A stretch of 64,000 nt of DNA from Eledone cirrhosa (taxonomy: Eukaryota). The DNA lies in assembly GCA_964016885.1 (NCBI GenBank), contig OZ024755.1:21390001-21454000 (forward strand), in the 5' to 3' direction. Every line of letters starts with the position of its first letter. Position 1 is the first letter of the stretch. This document shows positions 1-13,000 of this stretch, piece by piece. The notes below the pieces were generated by a model, which was given only the letters and a program-made list of their open reading frames with translations, made no database searches and had not been told where the DNA came from. Position numbers and translations under genes: made by a program.

Positions 1-2012
1 TTGTACTATTCTGTATGTTGTATTGTGAGGCTGTGTCATTGTATCATGCATTCTTGACAGATATTTGTTGTGTTGTATTATGCATTTCATGTCTCCTCTG
101 TTGTATGTAATTGATATTTAAGTATGGGATAATATCTAACAAGCTAGATATATCTGATATATATCAGATAAGATATGTTTACCATATCTGATATCTGATA
201 TAGCTAATAGGTTGCTTAACTTGTTAAGGTAAGTAATTTAGAAGAAAAGTATTGAAATTTAAGTATCTACATTATATATATTTATTGTTATCTTTATATA
301 CAAAGGATTATGAATAGATTTTAGGAAATGCTCAGCTGGAGATTTCTATCTTTCAAGCTGAAAGTGACTCAATTGGTTATCTTTTTTAACAATTTTATGA
401 CTGTATCTTTAATGAAATACACTGTAGTTCAATTAATTGATGAGGCATTTATTAAAACTATTAATTATTTCATTATTAAGATGGCATTTGTAACTTAATA
501 AAAGGACATTATATAAAATTATGTTGAAAGATTTTAATTGAAATAGGAGTGCTTTTAAATGGGTTGTTTTTGCTTAATAAAAGTGAAGGTGGTTAAAGGT
601 GGTTTGGACTCAAGATGGTTATGGGTTAAGCTGCAGGCTTTCTTCTTAATTACAGTTATGGATCCAAACTCTCTCTTTGACTGCTATTAATAATCATTAA
701 TCTTAACTATTGTTATGGAGTCCCATCTCTTCATTAGGGTTTATGTTTCATTTAGGACTGATGTGAAGGATGGAAGTTTTATAGTGCTCTGAAAAATTCC
801 TGTTGCGTTTAAATCCAGATTTTGTTCATATTTACTATTATTAAAATTATTTATTATCCCAGCTATCATGAAGGTACATGGCTTAGTTGTTAAAGTGTTT
901 GACTCATAATCGTAAGGGAGTGAGTTTGATTCCTAATAGTGTACTGTATCATTGTATCCTCCTAAAGTAAGATATTCATTTTAAACAAAACTATTTTTCT
1001 TCTAATAAACTTAGTCACATATCTTTTTTACAATATAATTACTTCTAATCATCTGAGGGTCAGTCCACCTCATGGTTCCAGAGGACAAAATGGAGAAAAT
1101 GTTGCCCTGGAGGATGATGAGGAATAGCAGGGCTCACACTTGCAGGTAGCCAATTCTGGTCCGATAGTAGAGAGATAGGGATGGGTCCAAGGGGCTAGAA
1201 CGCTGGAAGTCTCCTCAGCCACAAACTTATCAAAGAGTGACCAATACTTTAACAGTTTGCCCTTTTCTGCCATATATTTCTTATTGCTCCAGTCCAGTCA
1301 GCTGGCAAATTACACTTGTTATTCAAAGGGCCAGCTTTATCGCACATCATTTCATCCTGAGTACAACGTTATGTGCACATGTCTCGGGAAATCTCAGCCA
1401 CTTGCAAGTTAATTTCACAAGCAGGTAGTTCTGTTGTTCAACCAACTAGAACACTCATCAGCAGAACCGATGGAGCTCCAACACACCTGCTTTCTATATT
1501 CTTTTGTCACACTCTGGTATTTTCTATGTACTCTGTACTAGACATTATTTAAGTCCTTTGTTCATAGAATCACAGCCCTGTCTATGAATTTCTTTTCCCT
1601 GCCAACTCTTCTTATATTACACCTACTGTTGTTTATTTGTTAGCCTTATATCTTCAGATGATTGTCATTACTCCTTTGTTCCCTATTAGATATATTTACT
1701 AAACATTTATCTGAAACCTTTATTCCAAGAATCACAGCCATATCTATCGATTTTTCCCCTTCCCATCTCTTCTTACATTGCATCACAGCAATCTTCAATC
1801 ATTTTATTATCTACACCAATCTTATTCACCTGATTTATTTAATCTAAAAAGGTCCTTACAGGCTATAAGTAATACTCTTTCTTTTTCTTAGACCAGTGGT
1901 ACCCAAACTGCACCTCTGTACACTGGGGATCCACAAAAGAGCTAAGATACTATTTCAAAATAGGAAAAGATTCAAATTCAAATTTGTAATAAAATTCATA
2001 TATAATATATAT

Positions 2013-2354
2013 GGAGGCACATGGCTTAGTGGTTAGAGCATTGGCCTTGCAATCGAAAGGTTGTGAGTTCAATTCTCAGACCGGGTGATGTGTTGTTTCC
2101 TTGAGCAAGACACTTTATTTGACATTGCTCCAGTTTACTCAGCTGTAGAAATGAGATGATAGGGACTGGAGTCCATATAATTCCACTGCAAAGTGGTCGT
2201 GGAGGTGCCACGGCAAAAAAGCACCCAGCACTCACTGTAAATGAGGTTGGTGTTAGGAAGGGCATCCAGCTGTAGAAATCAAGCCAGAATCAGTTCCCGT
2301 CCCACCCTTGCAAGCAGGGAAAAAGCGGACGTAAAATGAAATGATGATGATGAT
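2013..2354 (+). mobile_element. tRNA-derived SINE with RTE-derived 3' tail
   Basis: A box TGGCTTAGTGG, B box GTTCAATTC, CTTGAGCAAGACAC body, RTE 3' UTR, (GAT)n. Confidence 0.88.
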
Positions 2355-3956
2355 GAATTGTTAGATTGAGAAACAACTAAACTAAGAATGAAATCATTGC
2401 CAAAAATATACAAAGGCCATGTTTCTCATTGATAATTTGGCTCTATTTATTGACTAAACAACGAAGTACAAATAGTTTTTCTGTATTTTTTATTTTTAAA
2501 TTTCTACTTTGTGCTATGCTAATATGAATAAATAACATTTTAGGATAAATATTGAAATTTAGGTAGAAAGTATGGCAAAATATTTTTACTTGTACAAATT
2601 TAGACAGTGATAAAGTTGTGTTTTGATATGGTTTGGGAGATGTAATCTTATTGTTACATAAGTTTGACTTCAGTTGAAACAGCTGTTATCTGATAATACA
2701 GATTAGACAGACCTAGAAATATTGTTACATCTGATTTGGATCTATATTTTGTCATAATAGGAACTAGAGTATTTTAAATGAATAGTGATTACAGTTAGAC
2801 TGTTAGAGAGAGTGAAGTCTGACTTGGAAAAGGTCATTGATAAAATATTGAAAGGCAGACAGTTAAGCGAAGTGACCTTTTCAATGCCCTGAAAATTTAG
2901 GGAATGCAATTTTGTAGGCTTCCACAGATCAAGGAAAAATAATCAAAAAGCAATGGTAGAATTCATTTTATATGTTGGAACATTGGGCATTGATCAAATG
3001 ACATCTTAGTAGTTCAATTTTAAGCATTAAAAGAAACAAATTCCATTTTGAATAATGAAAACAATATGAGTGAAAGAATTTTTGTTTTAAATTTCATATG
3101 TACTAATTTTGTTTTCTTTTTTATTAGCTGTTGTCTACTCTCTTGAATGCTTACCAAATGTTTAGTTGGAACAAAAGACAACAACAGTGATGTCATTTCA
3201 CAATATTCTTAGAGCAATGGTTCTCAGAGATCCAGGTCACAGTCCTCCTCTTGTAACTCCCACTTTCCTCAATACCTCCCTATTTTGAATTATCATCTAG
3301 ACATTTTTCAAACTAGATTAAGTCTGAAGCAGCAGTTTGATGGGGGAATTGTTAATTTGCAATCACTCTTATTGGTTGGGTATATTAGTATTTCATTTGA
3401 TATATACACAATGTACACTATTCTGATGTTCAGTTCCTTTTCTTTTTACCTTTTACTAAACACACAGTGAAGGCACAGGGCTTAGTGGTTAGAGAATTGG
3501 ATTCGCAATCATGAGGTTGCGAGTTTGATACCCGGACCGGGCGATGTGTTTGTCCTTGAGCTATACACTTTATTTTATGTTGCTCTTTCTTTCTGCCAGG
3601 AGTTGCAACTGGTAGATAGTATCAGCAATGGGAAAGACCAATGGAAATAGTTTCCTTGGTCTGATTTGATGAGTTCCACACCACTCAGTAAGCGAGTGAG
3701 GTCTGGGATCTTGTCGATTGATTCAATTGATCGACCAAACACACACATACATTCCCTACATATTTCTGTTACAAAAGACACCCCCAAAAATTAGAAATTT
3801 ATTGATTGAGATATTAAAATGTCTCTACAATAAAATAGGATCACATAAGGTCATTTTAAAAACAAATTTATTGCAAATTTGTATTTTGTTTTTTTCATCC
3901 ATTGATCTGCTGACTGTCATCTATTGCTAAATTTTTACCCATGCTCCGTATTGTAG

Positions 3957-4077
3957 ACTGGGTGATCTCCTCTGCTGTGAAACCTGCCCTGCTGTGTACC
4001 ATTTAAGCTGTGTAGACCCACCTCTTCAAGAAGTTCCTGAGGATGATTGGTTATGCAGTGTATGCAAATCCCATCAG
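3957..4077 (+). CDS. BPTF: BPTF exon, PHD1 finger
   Basis: tag|a CTG...CAG|gtaagt; [40 protein letters not shown]. Confidence 0.93.
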
Positions 4078-7000
4078 GTAAGTAATGCTTTTGGTTTTTT
4101 TCTTTTATAAACCTAAAATTTCTCTATGGTATCATTAAAATGAACAATTATTAAAACATCTAATGATGTTAATAGTATCATTAGAATATACAATTAATAA
4201 AAAAAATCTAATGATACAATAGCATCATTAGAATATACTATTATAAAATCAACAACATGCTTGATAAGATTAAGTACCATTCATAAACTGGTATCCATGA
4301 AATGTTTCTTTCTCTCAAATTTGTTATTTATTTTTCTTGTTTAGGTGAAAGGGCTGACTGATTGCCTCTCTGAATCAGAACGTAGTGGCCTACTATGTCG
4401 ACATGAACCTATTGGTTATGACAGGCATGGGCGAAATTATTGGTTCCTCATTCGTAGAATGATTGTGTAAGTTTCAGTTTAAAATATTTCTTAAAGTAGC
4501 CTTTGCCTCATCCATAATTATATGGAGGATGTCCTTTACAGAATTTGTATGATTATATTATGTTCATTTTGGTGCTACGTCAAAAATCACCCAGTCCACA
4601 CTGTAAATGTGGTTGGCGTTAGGAAGGGCATCCAGCCAGAATCAGTTCTATATGAGCAAGACACGGTCATCTGATCTGACTTGTCTCACAACAGGACAAC
4701 TCGTCTAACCCATGCTAGCATGGACAAAATGGATGTTAAACAGTGATGATGATATTTTCTTTCTAAGTTGATATCTTGAGCTTAGCAACTATCAATTATT
4801 AGCAATCTGGAGAATGGTAAAATTGGTTAAATGCTTTGTATTCGAAGTTCAAATACATGCTGAGTTGACTTTGTCTTTCAACTTTCTGAGGTTGCTAAAT
4901 TAAGTACCAGTTAAATGCTGGTGTCTACCCGATTTGAAAAAGAGAATCAATTGTTTTAATACATTAAATGTATGCAACAAATATTTAAAGACATTTCCTT
5001 GCTAAAGTAGGGGTTAGTCTTAGAGACTGCATGAGAGGCTTACTATACTTATTGTGGTAATGGTGTATGGCCAGATGCTCTTCATAGTGCTAACCTTTTT
5101 AGTTTCCTTGTATGACACACAGGGATTAACATTGTACCTATTCTAAACCAGGTACACAGAGTAAACCATAAGTGTTGGGTTAACCATGTGAACTTCCTGA
5201 TAGATGTTATATTGATCATGGGGGTCCTTTTTGAGGCAGTGTTTTACAGCTGCATGTCTTTCCTGACATCCAACACTTTTCATCGCCTCTTATGACACAC
5301 ATACAAATACAGTGTACCTATTCTAAACCATACACTCACAGAAGAAAAGCAACCACTCTGTTTCATCTGCTCTTAAATATTACTGGAATTCAGTAAGAAT
5401 CCAGCTTCTATAATTCTCGGCAGAAGCGAAGGAGTGAGTGGTCTTGATAAACACTAATGAGCGAGAAACAGGACTGTCGATCACTCTTCTTTGCTTTTGC
5501 TGAGAATAAGTAAGTGACATAGTCACTACTTTAAAACTCATAGCGAATGGTCTTCTAAATGTTTTTAATCAAACACAGTATATTGCCAAATATACTATTC
5601 ATACATTCATGTATACATCGCTATTTCAGAGCACCAATACTAATATTAAATGAATATTTGTTAAAATTTCTCTCTCTTTTTCAAGCAGTTTTTATGTATT
5701 TCAGATTTCTGTTTCGTTTTTCTTCTTCTTCCTTTTAAATGAAATTGTTAATCAATGATTATTTTCCTTAACAGTGAGAAAGACAGTAAGTCGTGGTATT
5801 ATAGCACAAAGGCTGAACTAGATGAATTAATTGAATGTCTTGATAGAAATGAGTTTGAAGCAGATCTAGTTATGTCTCTTGAAGACATGAAGGATGATAT
5901 TCTAAAACAGATGAGTTTGACTGAAGATCTCACTAATGCTGCAAAAGGAAGCAAAAAGTCTGTTTTAGAAATCGAAAATGGTATTCTTCTTCTTCTTTTC
6001 CTCTTCTTTTTCATATTATTACACTATTTTATACTCTGTAAAGTGCTAGCATAGGTGCTACAATAAAACGCACCTGGTAAAGTATAAATCAGCATTATAA
6101 CTGCTTCACATTAAAAAATTAAAGTGTTTAGTGTAATATCACAAATTTTCACCACAATCTGTTCACTAGTAAAGGTACTATTTGAATTAACAAACCTGTT
6201 TTTGTATATTTTTCTACTAAATCATTACAGGATGTTAAGAGTTAATTTAAGTTCAAGTTCCTATTAATTCATTTATCTTAATACACATTTGATTTTGTGT
6301 TTTTAATTATTATATCAGTATATATGATCTTCCTAACACTACCACTGTTTCATTTTGTTTCATATAATTTAGCAACTTGTTTGAAAATACAAGCTGAAAA
6401 AGCGGCTAGAAGAGCCCAAGAAGAAGCTGATAGGAAAGCTCGAGAAGAAGAAGAATTAAGAAGAAAAGAGGAAGAAAAACAGCAGCAAGACACTGGTGGG
6501 GGTTCACAGGAAAATTTACCACAAGTGGTAAATTCTCAAACGCCGTCTGTTGCTCAAGAGGTACCAAACTCATGTAGAAAACATATAAATCTTTCATTAC
6601 CATATTTTTAATGAAATATACTGTATTTAAATTGATAAATGACGAAGGTGTTAATCAATTTGAGTTTCTAAGATTATTAATTATTTCATTATTAAGATAA
6701 TATAAACCCTGCATGGCTAATAAAGAAATCATTAAGATAATATTGTAACATGATTTAACAAAAGGTTTTTATGACAAATAATGTTGGAATATTTAATTTA
6801 AAATAGGAACCCTTTAAAATGGGTGGTTTTGTTTCATAGTGTCAGAGCCAGTTTTTAGCTGGGATGGTATCAAAGGGGTTAAACATTTTTGTATGACTTA
6901 ACTCAGTGGAGGAAGGGTAAAACTTAGGATCTTTTTTTCTGGGCCTCTATGTATGAAGGGAAGGTTTAATTCAACTATGAACATCAAAAACCAGGTAGAA

Positions 7001-10000
7001 ATGGGTTAGTAAATTGTAATACAAATTTACAATCTTTTTGAAATTAATCGGTTGCTTTTGTTTGTCTAATTTCAGAATTCTGTAATGTCTGGTCATGGTA
7101 ACAACTCCACCGAAGCCTGCACTTCATCTACATTTACCGTTCCTACAAGTTCAGTGGATGGTCTCTCAACCAATTCATCAGCACCAAATTTAGCCAAAGA
7201 GAGTGAACCAGTCACTTCTTCTGGTACTTCACTATCCTCTAATTCCCTCAGTGGCTCAATGGCTCCGCCAAAATCTGTAGACTCTATTGATGACGAGGAT
7301 AAGAAGCAAGCAGAAAAGTCAGAAACGGGTAATATTTCACTTGGGAATACTTAAAATTTAACTCTTAACATCCTGTAATAATTTAGTAGAACACAAACGA
7401 ATTTGTTAATTCAAATGTTTATAGTACCTTTACTAGTGTACAGATCATTGTGTTAATTTGCAGTATTACAGTAAAGACTTCAGTTTTTAATGTGATTCAG
7501 TTGTAGTGCTGTTTTATGCTTTTCATGAATATTTCGATAATGCAGTTTCATGTGACAAAGGATATTAAGAGTTAATTAATATTCTAACATTATCCTTCCA
7601 CATTTAAATACAGGACCTTGTTCTAACCAAGAAAAATCCCCCTCCTTTTTTTTTTTACATTTCATCCTGAAAATTTTAGAAACTTATTGAAATTACTAAG
7701 TTTATTATTATTATTCACAACACTTTAAGAGGGTCACTCTGGCAATAAAAACACATGAATCTGTTGAATTTCACTTCAGTTAGTTATTAATCAGTTAATA
7801 AGGCAATAGTCACACACATGCTGTAATGGGAACTATGCCTAAATTGAATGTATGAACAAGGTGTGGTCATTTGACCCGTCAAATCTCAAGAATGTGGTAA
7901 CTTGTCTAACATGTACCTTCATGGAAAATAAATTGTGGTGACAGTGAAGATGACTGAGGAGGAGGTGACAGGCTGTGAAGAAAGGACATTGACAAATCAA
8001 TTTACTTAATTGATAAATCAACTGATCAATGAATTGATCATAGATTAATAAAACTGAGGTGAAACTCAACCTGTGTAAGTGTGTGTTTTGATTGGCGCTA
8101 TGACCCTCCCCCAACCGCAACAATATCTGTTTCAACACACTATTTCACATTAAGTATCTTACAAAACATACAAAAATGAAGTGCCATTTATTTTTCTTTA
8201 TTTTCTTTATCACACTTTAAAAAAATACATGTATATTTTACATTTTTTATATCAATATATATATATATATACATATATACACAGGTAAAATTCTGTTTTA
8301 ACGAATACCATTATAAAGAATTTTTCATTACAACAAATTTTGTTATAGCAGAATTTCACTGTATACACAATATATATATGTGTATGTGTATATATATTAT
8401 TACTATTGAAAGTATTATTATTATTATTCATTTTTTTATTTCAGAAACTAGAAGAATTGTAACTCGTTCTAAAACAGGGTCTTTAACACCAAAGCAGTTT
8501 AATGATTCTGTTACTAGTGGTTCTTTAAAGATTAGCCGCACTCCCAATTCAGAAGATGTCTTGCTAATTAATAAAGAAGGAGAAGTTACCAGGGTGACTC
8601 GTAGCAAATCTAGTGCTACCAATAGTTCAGGATACTTCAAACTAGGTAAGATCTTTCAGTCTTTTATTAGGATAGTTAGTATTTTAGAATCTATAGGGTT
8701 CTACTTTTTGTTGAAATTTGTCTTTTCTGAATGTATTCTCTAAATATATTTCTTTTTTTCTTAGACCCCTTTTAATGTTATTTTATATCTTCACTCTTGT
8801 GTCGGTAGTGTAGGTGCCGCTATAAAATGCACCCAGTATACTCTGTAAAGTGGTTGGTGTTCTGTCAGTAATAACATTTCATAGAGAGGTCTCTTCAGTT
8901 ATATGCTGAACATGCCAAGCTCTCTATTGCTGGTGCCCCAATAAAATGCACCCACTATACTCCGTAAAGTTGATGGCACGAAGAAGGGCATCCAGTTGTA
9001 GAAACTATGCCTAAAAATGGAACATATTAACCCTTTAGCATTTAAACCGGCTGTATCTGGCCAGAATTCTCTCACCTATTTAAACGAGCCATAACTGGCT
9101 GCTTATATTTATGTTAAGGTATTGTTCTCAAAATAAATAATATCAAAATCTCGAGATTTGATATGAGAGATAGTTATGTGAAATAAAGTGTTTACTGTAA
9201 AAATACGATAGTATATCTTGAGTAATGTAAATGCTAAAGAGTTAAGGGAGACATGGTTCTCCTGATCAGATACTCATTTGGTCTGTAACAACCCAGCCAA
9301 CAAAATAATGGTTATGATGATGATGACGACGAGGAATCTGTTTTAAATAATCAGGTTATACATAAATTCATAACTGTCATAAATGTAACCTGCATGCCCT
9401 GAATATTCTAGAAACAGTTTCATTGATCTATTGTGGTATATCTTTTAACATTTTGTTCCTTTTTTTCTTTCACTTCCAGGAATGGAAAACAATTACAAGT
9501 CGTTCGTTAACCAGTATAGTAGTAATGCATTAGCTTTAAATAAGCATCAGCATAACGAGGAGAGAGATAAAAAACGGTTTTTGTCACATAAGTTTAGTCT
9601 TACTCCTGTGAGTGAGTTTAAATGGAATGGTAGTCTTTATGGCAACCGTATACTGACTATTTCCACACTTAGGCTAAGTATCACACAATTGGAAAGCAAT
9701 CTACCTACACCATTCCTGCATCCTAATTGGGCAATACATCGCCAAAACTGGCAAAAAGCGGTACATATGTGTCAAAATCCACAAGACTTCGCATTGGCAC
9801 TAGCAATTCTTGAGGCTTGTATCAAGCCAGTACTCTTTAACCCTGTCTGGACTGAATCCCTTGGTGAGTATTTGATTTTTTTTTCAGTAGCAATAATGTT
9901 TTAAAAAAATAATTGGAATCAGATTTTTGAAAAATCGCTTATAAAAATGTTAGTATTCAGTAATACATACATGCACATGTGTGTTTGTGTATGTGAAGGT

Positions 10001-13000
10001 GCTTGGTTTAGTGGTTAGAATGTTGCATTAAAAATCATGAAGTAATATGTTTGATTCCTGGACTGTGTGGTGCATTGTACTCTTGAGCAAGACACTTCAT
10101 TTTCTGTTCCTTTCCACGATAAGAATATCATTAAAATATCCAAGATACCTATGTAGTGTAACCTTGAAAGCCAGCTTAATTTACATAGGTGTGACTTGGA
10201 AATATATATATGTAAAATATATCGGTATGTCACTATAAGGCATTACTGACATTCTTAAAATGAATTATTTCATACTTATGTATATGAAACATAAGTGTTT
10301 TTAAAGCCCCCTTTAACTTTTAAGTACAAAACAACACTATGATTGCATCACATTAAAAATGAAAGTCTTTATTTACTCTAATACTGCAAATTTTTCCAAT
10401 GATCTGGCCACTACTAAAGACACTATAAATATTTGAATTAACAGACCCCATTTTTAGATATTTTCTGCTAAATTATTACAGATTGCTCAGAGTTAGTTGT
10501 GCATGAAATTATGTTGTCCTAACAAAACCCCAAACTTAAACTCTTCTGTCATTTGTTTTAGGACATCATCGTTTACAAAAGATCACAGCTATGGATCGAG
10601 AAGAGATGAAGAAAAAAGAAAAAGAGCAACGTAGACGAAAAGAAGAGGAAGATGATCCAAGTAGGCTTATTTGGATTAAATACCCTTTAGGCCTGAAACA
10701 TCAAGTAAGTTTATATTTGCTGTTGATCAAATAACCAGAATACTTGTCGAAAGCACTAAAAGTTCTCTCCATTCCTCTCTGTGTCCTGTTTATAAATTAG
10801 GGATCTTCATCATCCAATGCTGAGTAACTACTTTATAAATGTTTAGACATACTGCCCCCAATGACTGTTGTATATGTCAATAACTATAAGGTTTTATTTG
10901 GTCTTTAATGTTTGTTTTGTTGTTTTTGTTTAGGTCTGGAAACAAAAAGGAGAAGAGTACAGAATTACTGGCTGTCATGGTTGGTTGTGGATTGGATCAA
11001 CACGAGTCTATAACATGGTTCCTATGGATACTGTCGGATTACGGGCTGTTTCAGCTAAACTGCGAGCACGTAAACGGAAATTTGCTGAGTCAATTTCTGA
11101 AAAACCACCCAAGATTGCTAAGAAAGAAAACGAAGAGGCAAGTAATGAAGGGATGGCTGTAAATGGTCAAAAAACAGAAAACCAAAACAGCTCTGCAGTT
11201 AATGAAGTTCAAAAAATGGAAGTCGATGCAAGTAAAATAAAAGTTGAACAACCTGAAAAGAAAGAAGCTGATTTGAAAGAAGAATCAGGAGTTAAATGTG
11301 ATTCTAAAATGGAAGTCGACACATGTAAAGATGAAAAACGATCTGAACCGTCATTGGTTTCTCTTAAAAAAACAACACAGGATGTTGAAAAAGGATCTGA
11401 ATTGAAAGATAAACTAACTACTGACACAGCTGTTAATGATAATAAAATGGAAGTTGAGGAGTTTGATATAAAATTTGATGAATATATTAAAATGAATCAG
11501 CATTTGTTCTCATCTCCCCCTTATACAAGTCTTCCACCTAAAATTGGTGTAGACATTATTGATGTATCGGAAGCAATTCAAAAGAAAGTATATTATCCTA
11601 AACTAACAAAACCATATTCTAAACTAGATACACTTCTGGAGAGGCGTTTAAAATGTGATGAAATGGAGAAGAAACAGAAACAAGCCATAGAACAACAAAT
11701 TGCATTCAAATTGAAATTACAACCAGCTAATTCACAGGTAAAAATTCTCACACCTGCTGCAGCAGCTTTGTTAAAGCAGGAAAACAAAAATTCTCAAGAT
11801 AATATAAATGCTACAAAACAATCTTGGCCTCTGAAGTATTGCTGTTATTGCATTTCATGCCGACGGCAAAAGGCTTCTACTACTACCAATACTACTACTA
11901 CCACTACTACTACTACTACTACAGAAACTTCCATCACTTCTTCCTGCTACTCTCCATTTTGTCGGAATATTAAACAGGCTGTAACCTCAGCTGTGCAACC
12001 TGCAAAAACTGCTGCAGTAACAACACCAACTACACTGGTGAAAACTGTTGCAGTATCAACACCAAATACACCGGTGCAAAATGTTGCAGTATCAACACCA
12101 AGTTCTGCAGTAAAAACTGTTGCAGTATCAACGCCAGGTACTGCAGTGAAAACTGTTGCATTAACAACACCGAACACTGCGGTGAAGACTATTGCAGTAA
12201 CGACACCAGGTACAGCAGTCAAAACTATTGCAGTTTCAACACCAACTACACCAGTACAAAATATTGCAGTTACAACACCAAACACAGCAGTGAAAACTAT
12301 TGCAGTAACAACACCAACTACACTGGTTAAGACAGTTGCAGTAACAACACCAAATACACTGGCGCAAAATATTGCAGTAGCAACACCAAACACAGCGGTG
12401 AAAACTGTTGCAGTCTCGACACCAACTACACTGGTAAAGACAGTTTCACTAACAACACCTGGTGCAGCAGTACAAAATATTGCAGTAGCAACACCAGGTA
12501 CTGCAGTAAAAACTGTAGCAGTTACAACACCGAACACAGCAGTGAAAACTATTGCAGTAACAACACCAACTACACTGGTAAAGACAGTTGCAGTAACAAC
12601 ACCAAATATTGCAGTAGCAACACCAGGTACTGCTGTGAAAACTATTTCTGTCTCAACACCAGGTACTGCAGTGAAAACTGTTGCATTAACAACACCAACT
12701 ACACCAGTACAAAATATTGCAGTAGCAACTTCGAGTCCAGCAGTGAAGACTATTGCAGTAACAACACCAAGTGTACTGGTAAAGACCATTGCAGTAACAA
12801 CTCCAAGTACACCGGTGCAAAATATTGCAGTAGCAACACCCAACACAGCAGTGAAAACTGTTGCAGTAACAACTCCGGGTACACCTATGCAAAATAGTGC
12901 AACAACAACACCAAATACACTGGTAAAGACAGTCGCACTAACAACACCAAACACACTGGTAAAGACAGTTGCAATCTCAACAGCAAGTACACCAGTGAAA

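Noticed and set aside
2013-2085. tRNA gene (also about 3471, 40960 and 53910)
   Set aside because: A/B boxes run into SINE bodies, with no complete cloverleaf or terminator.
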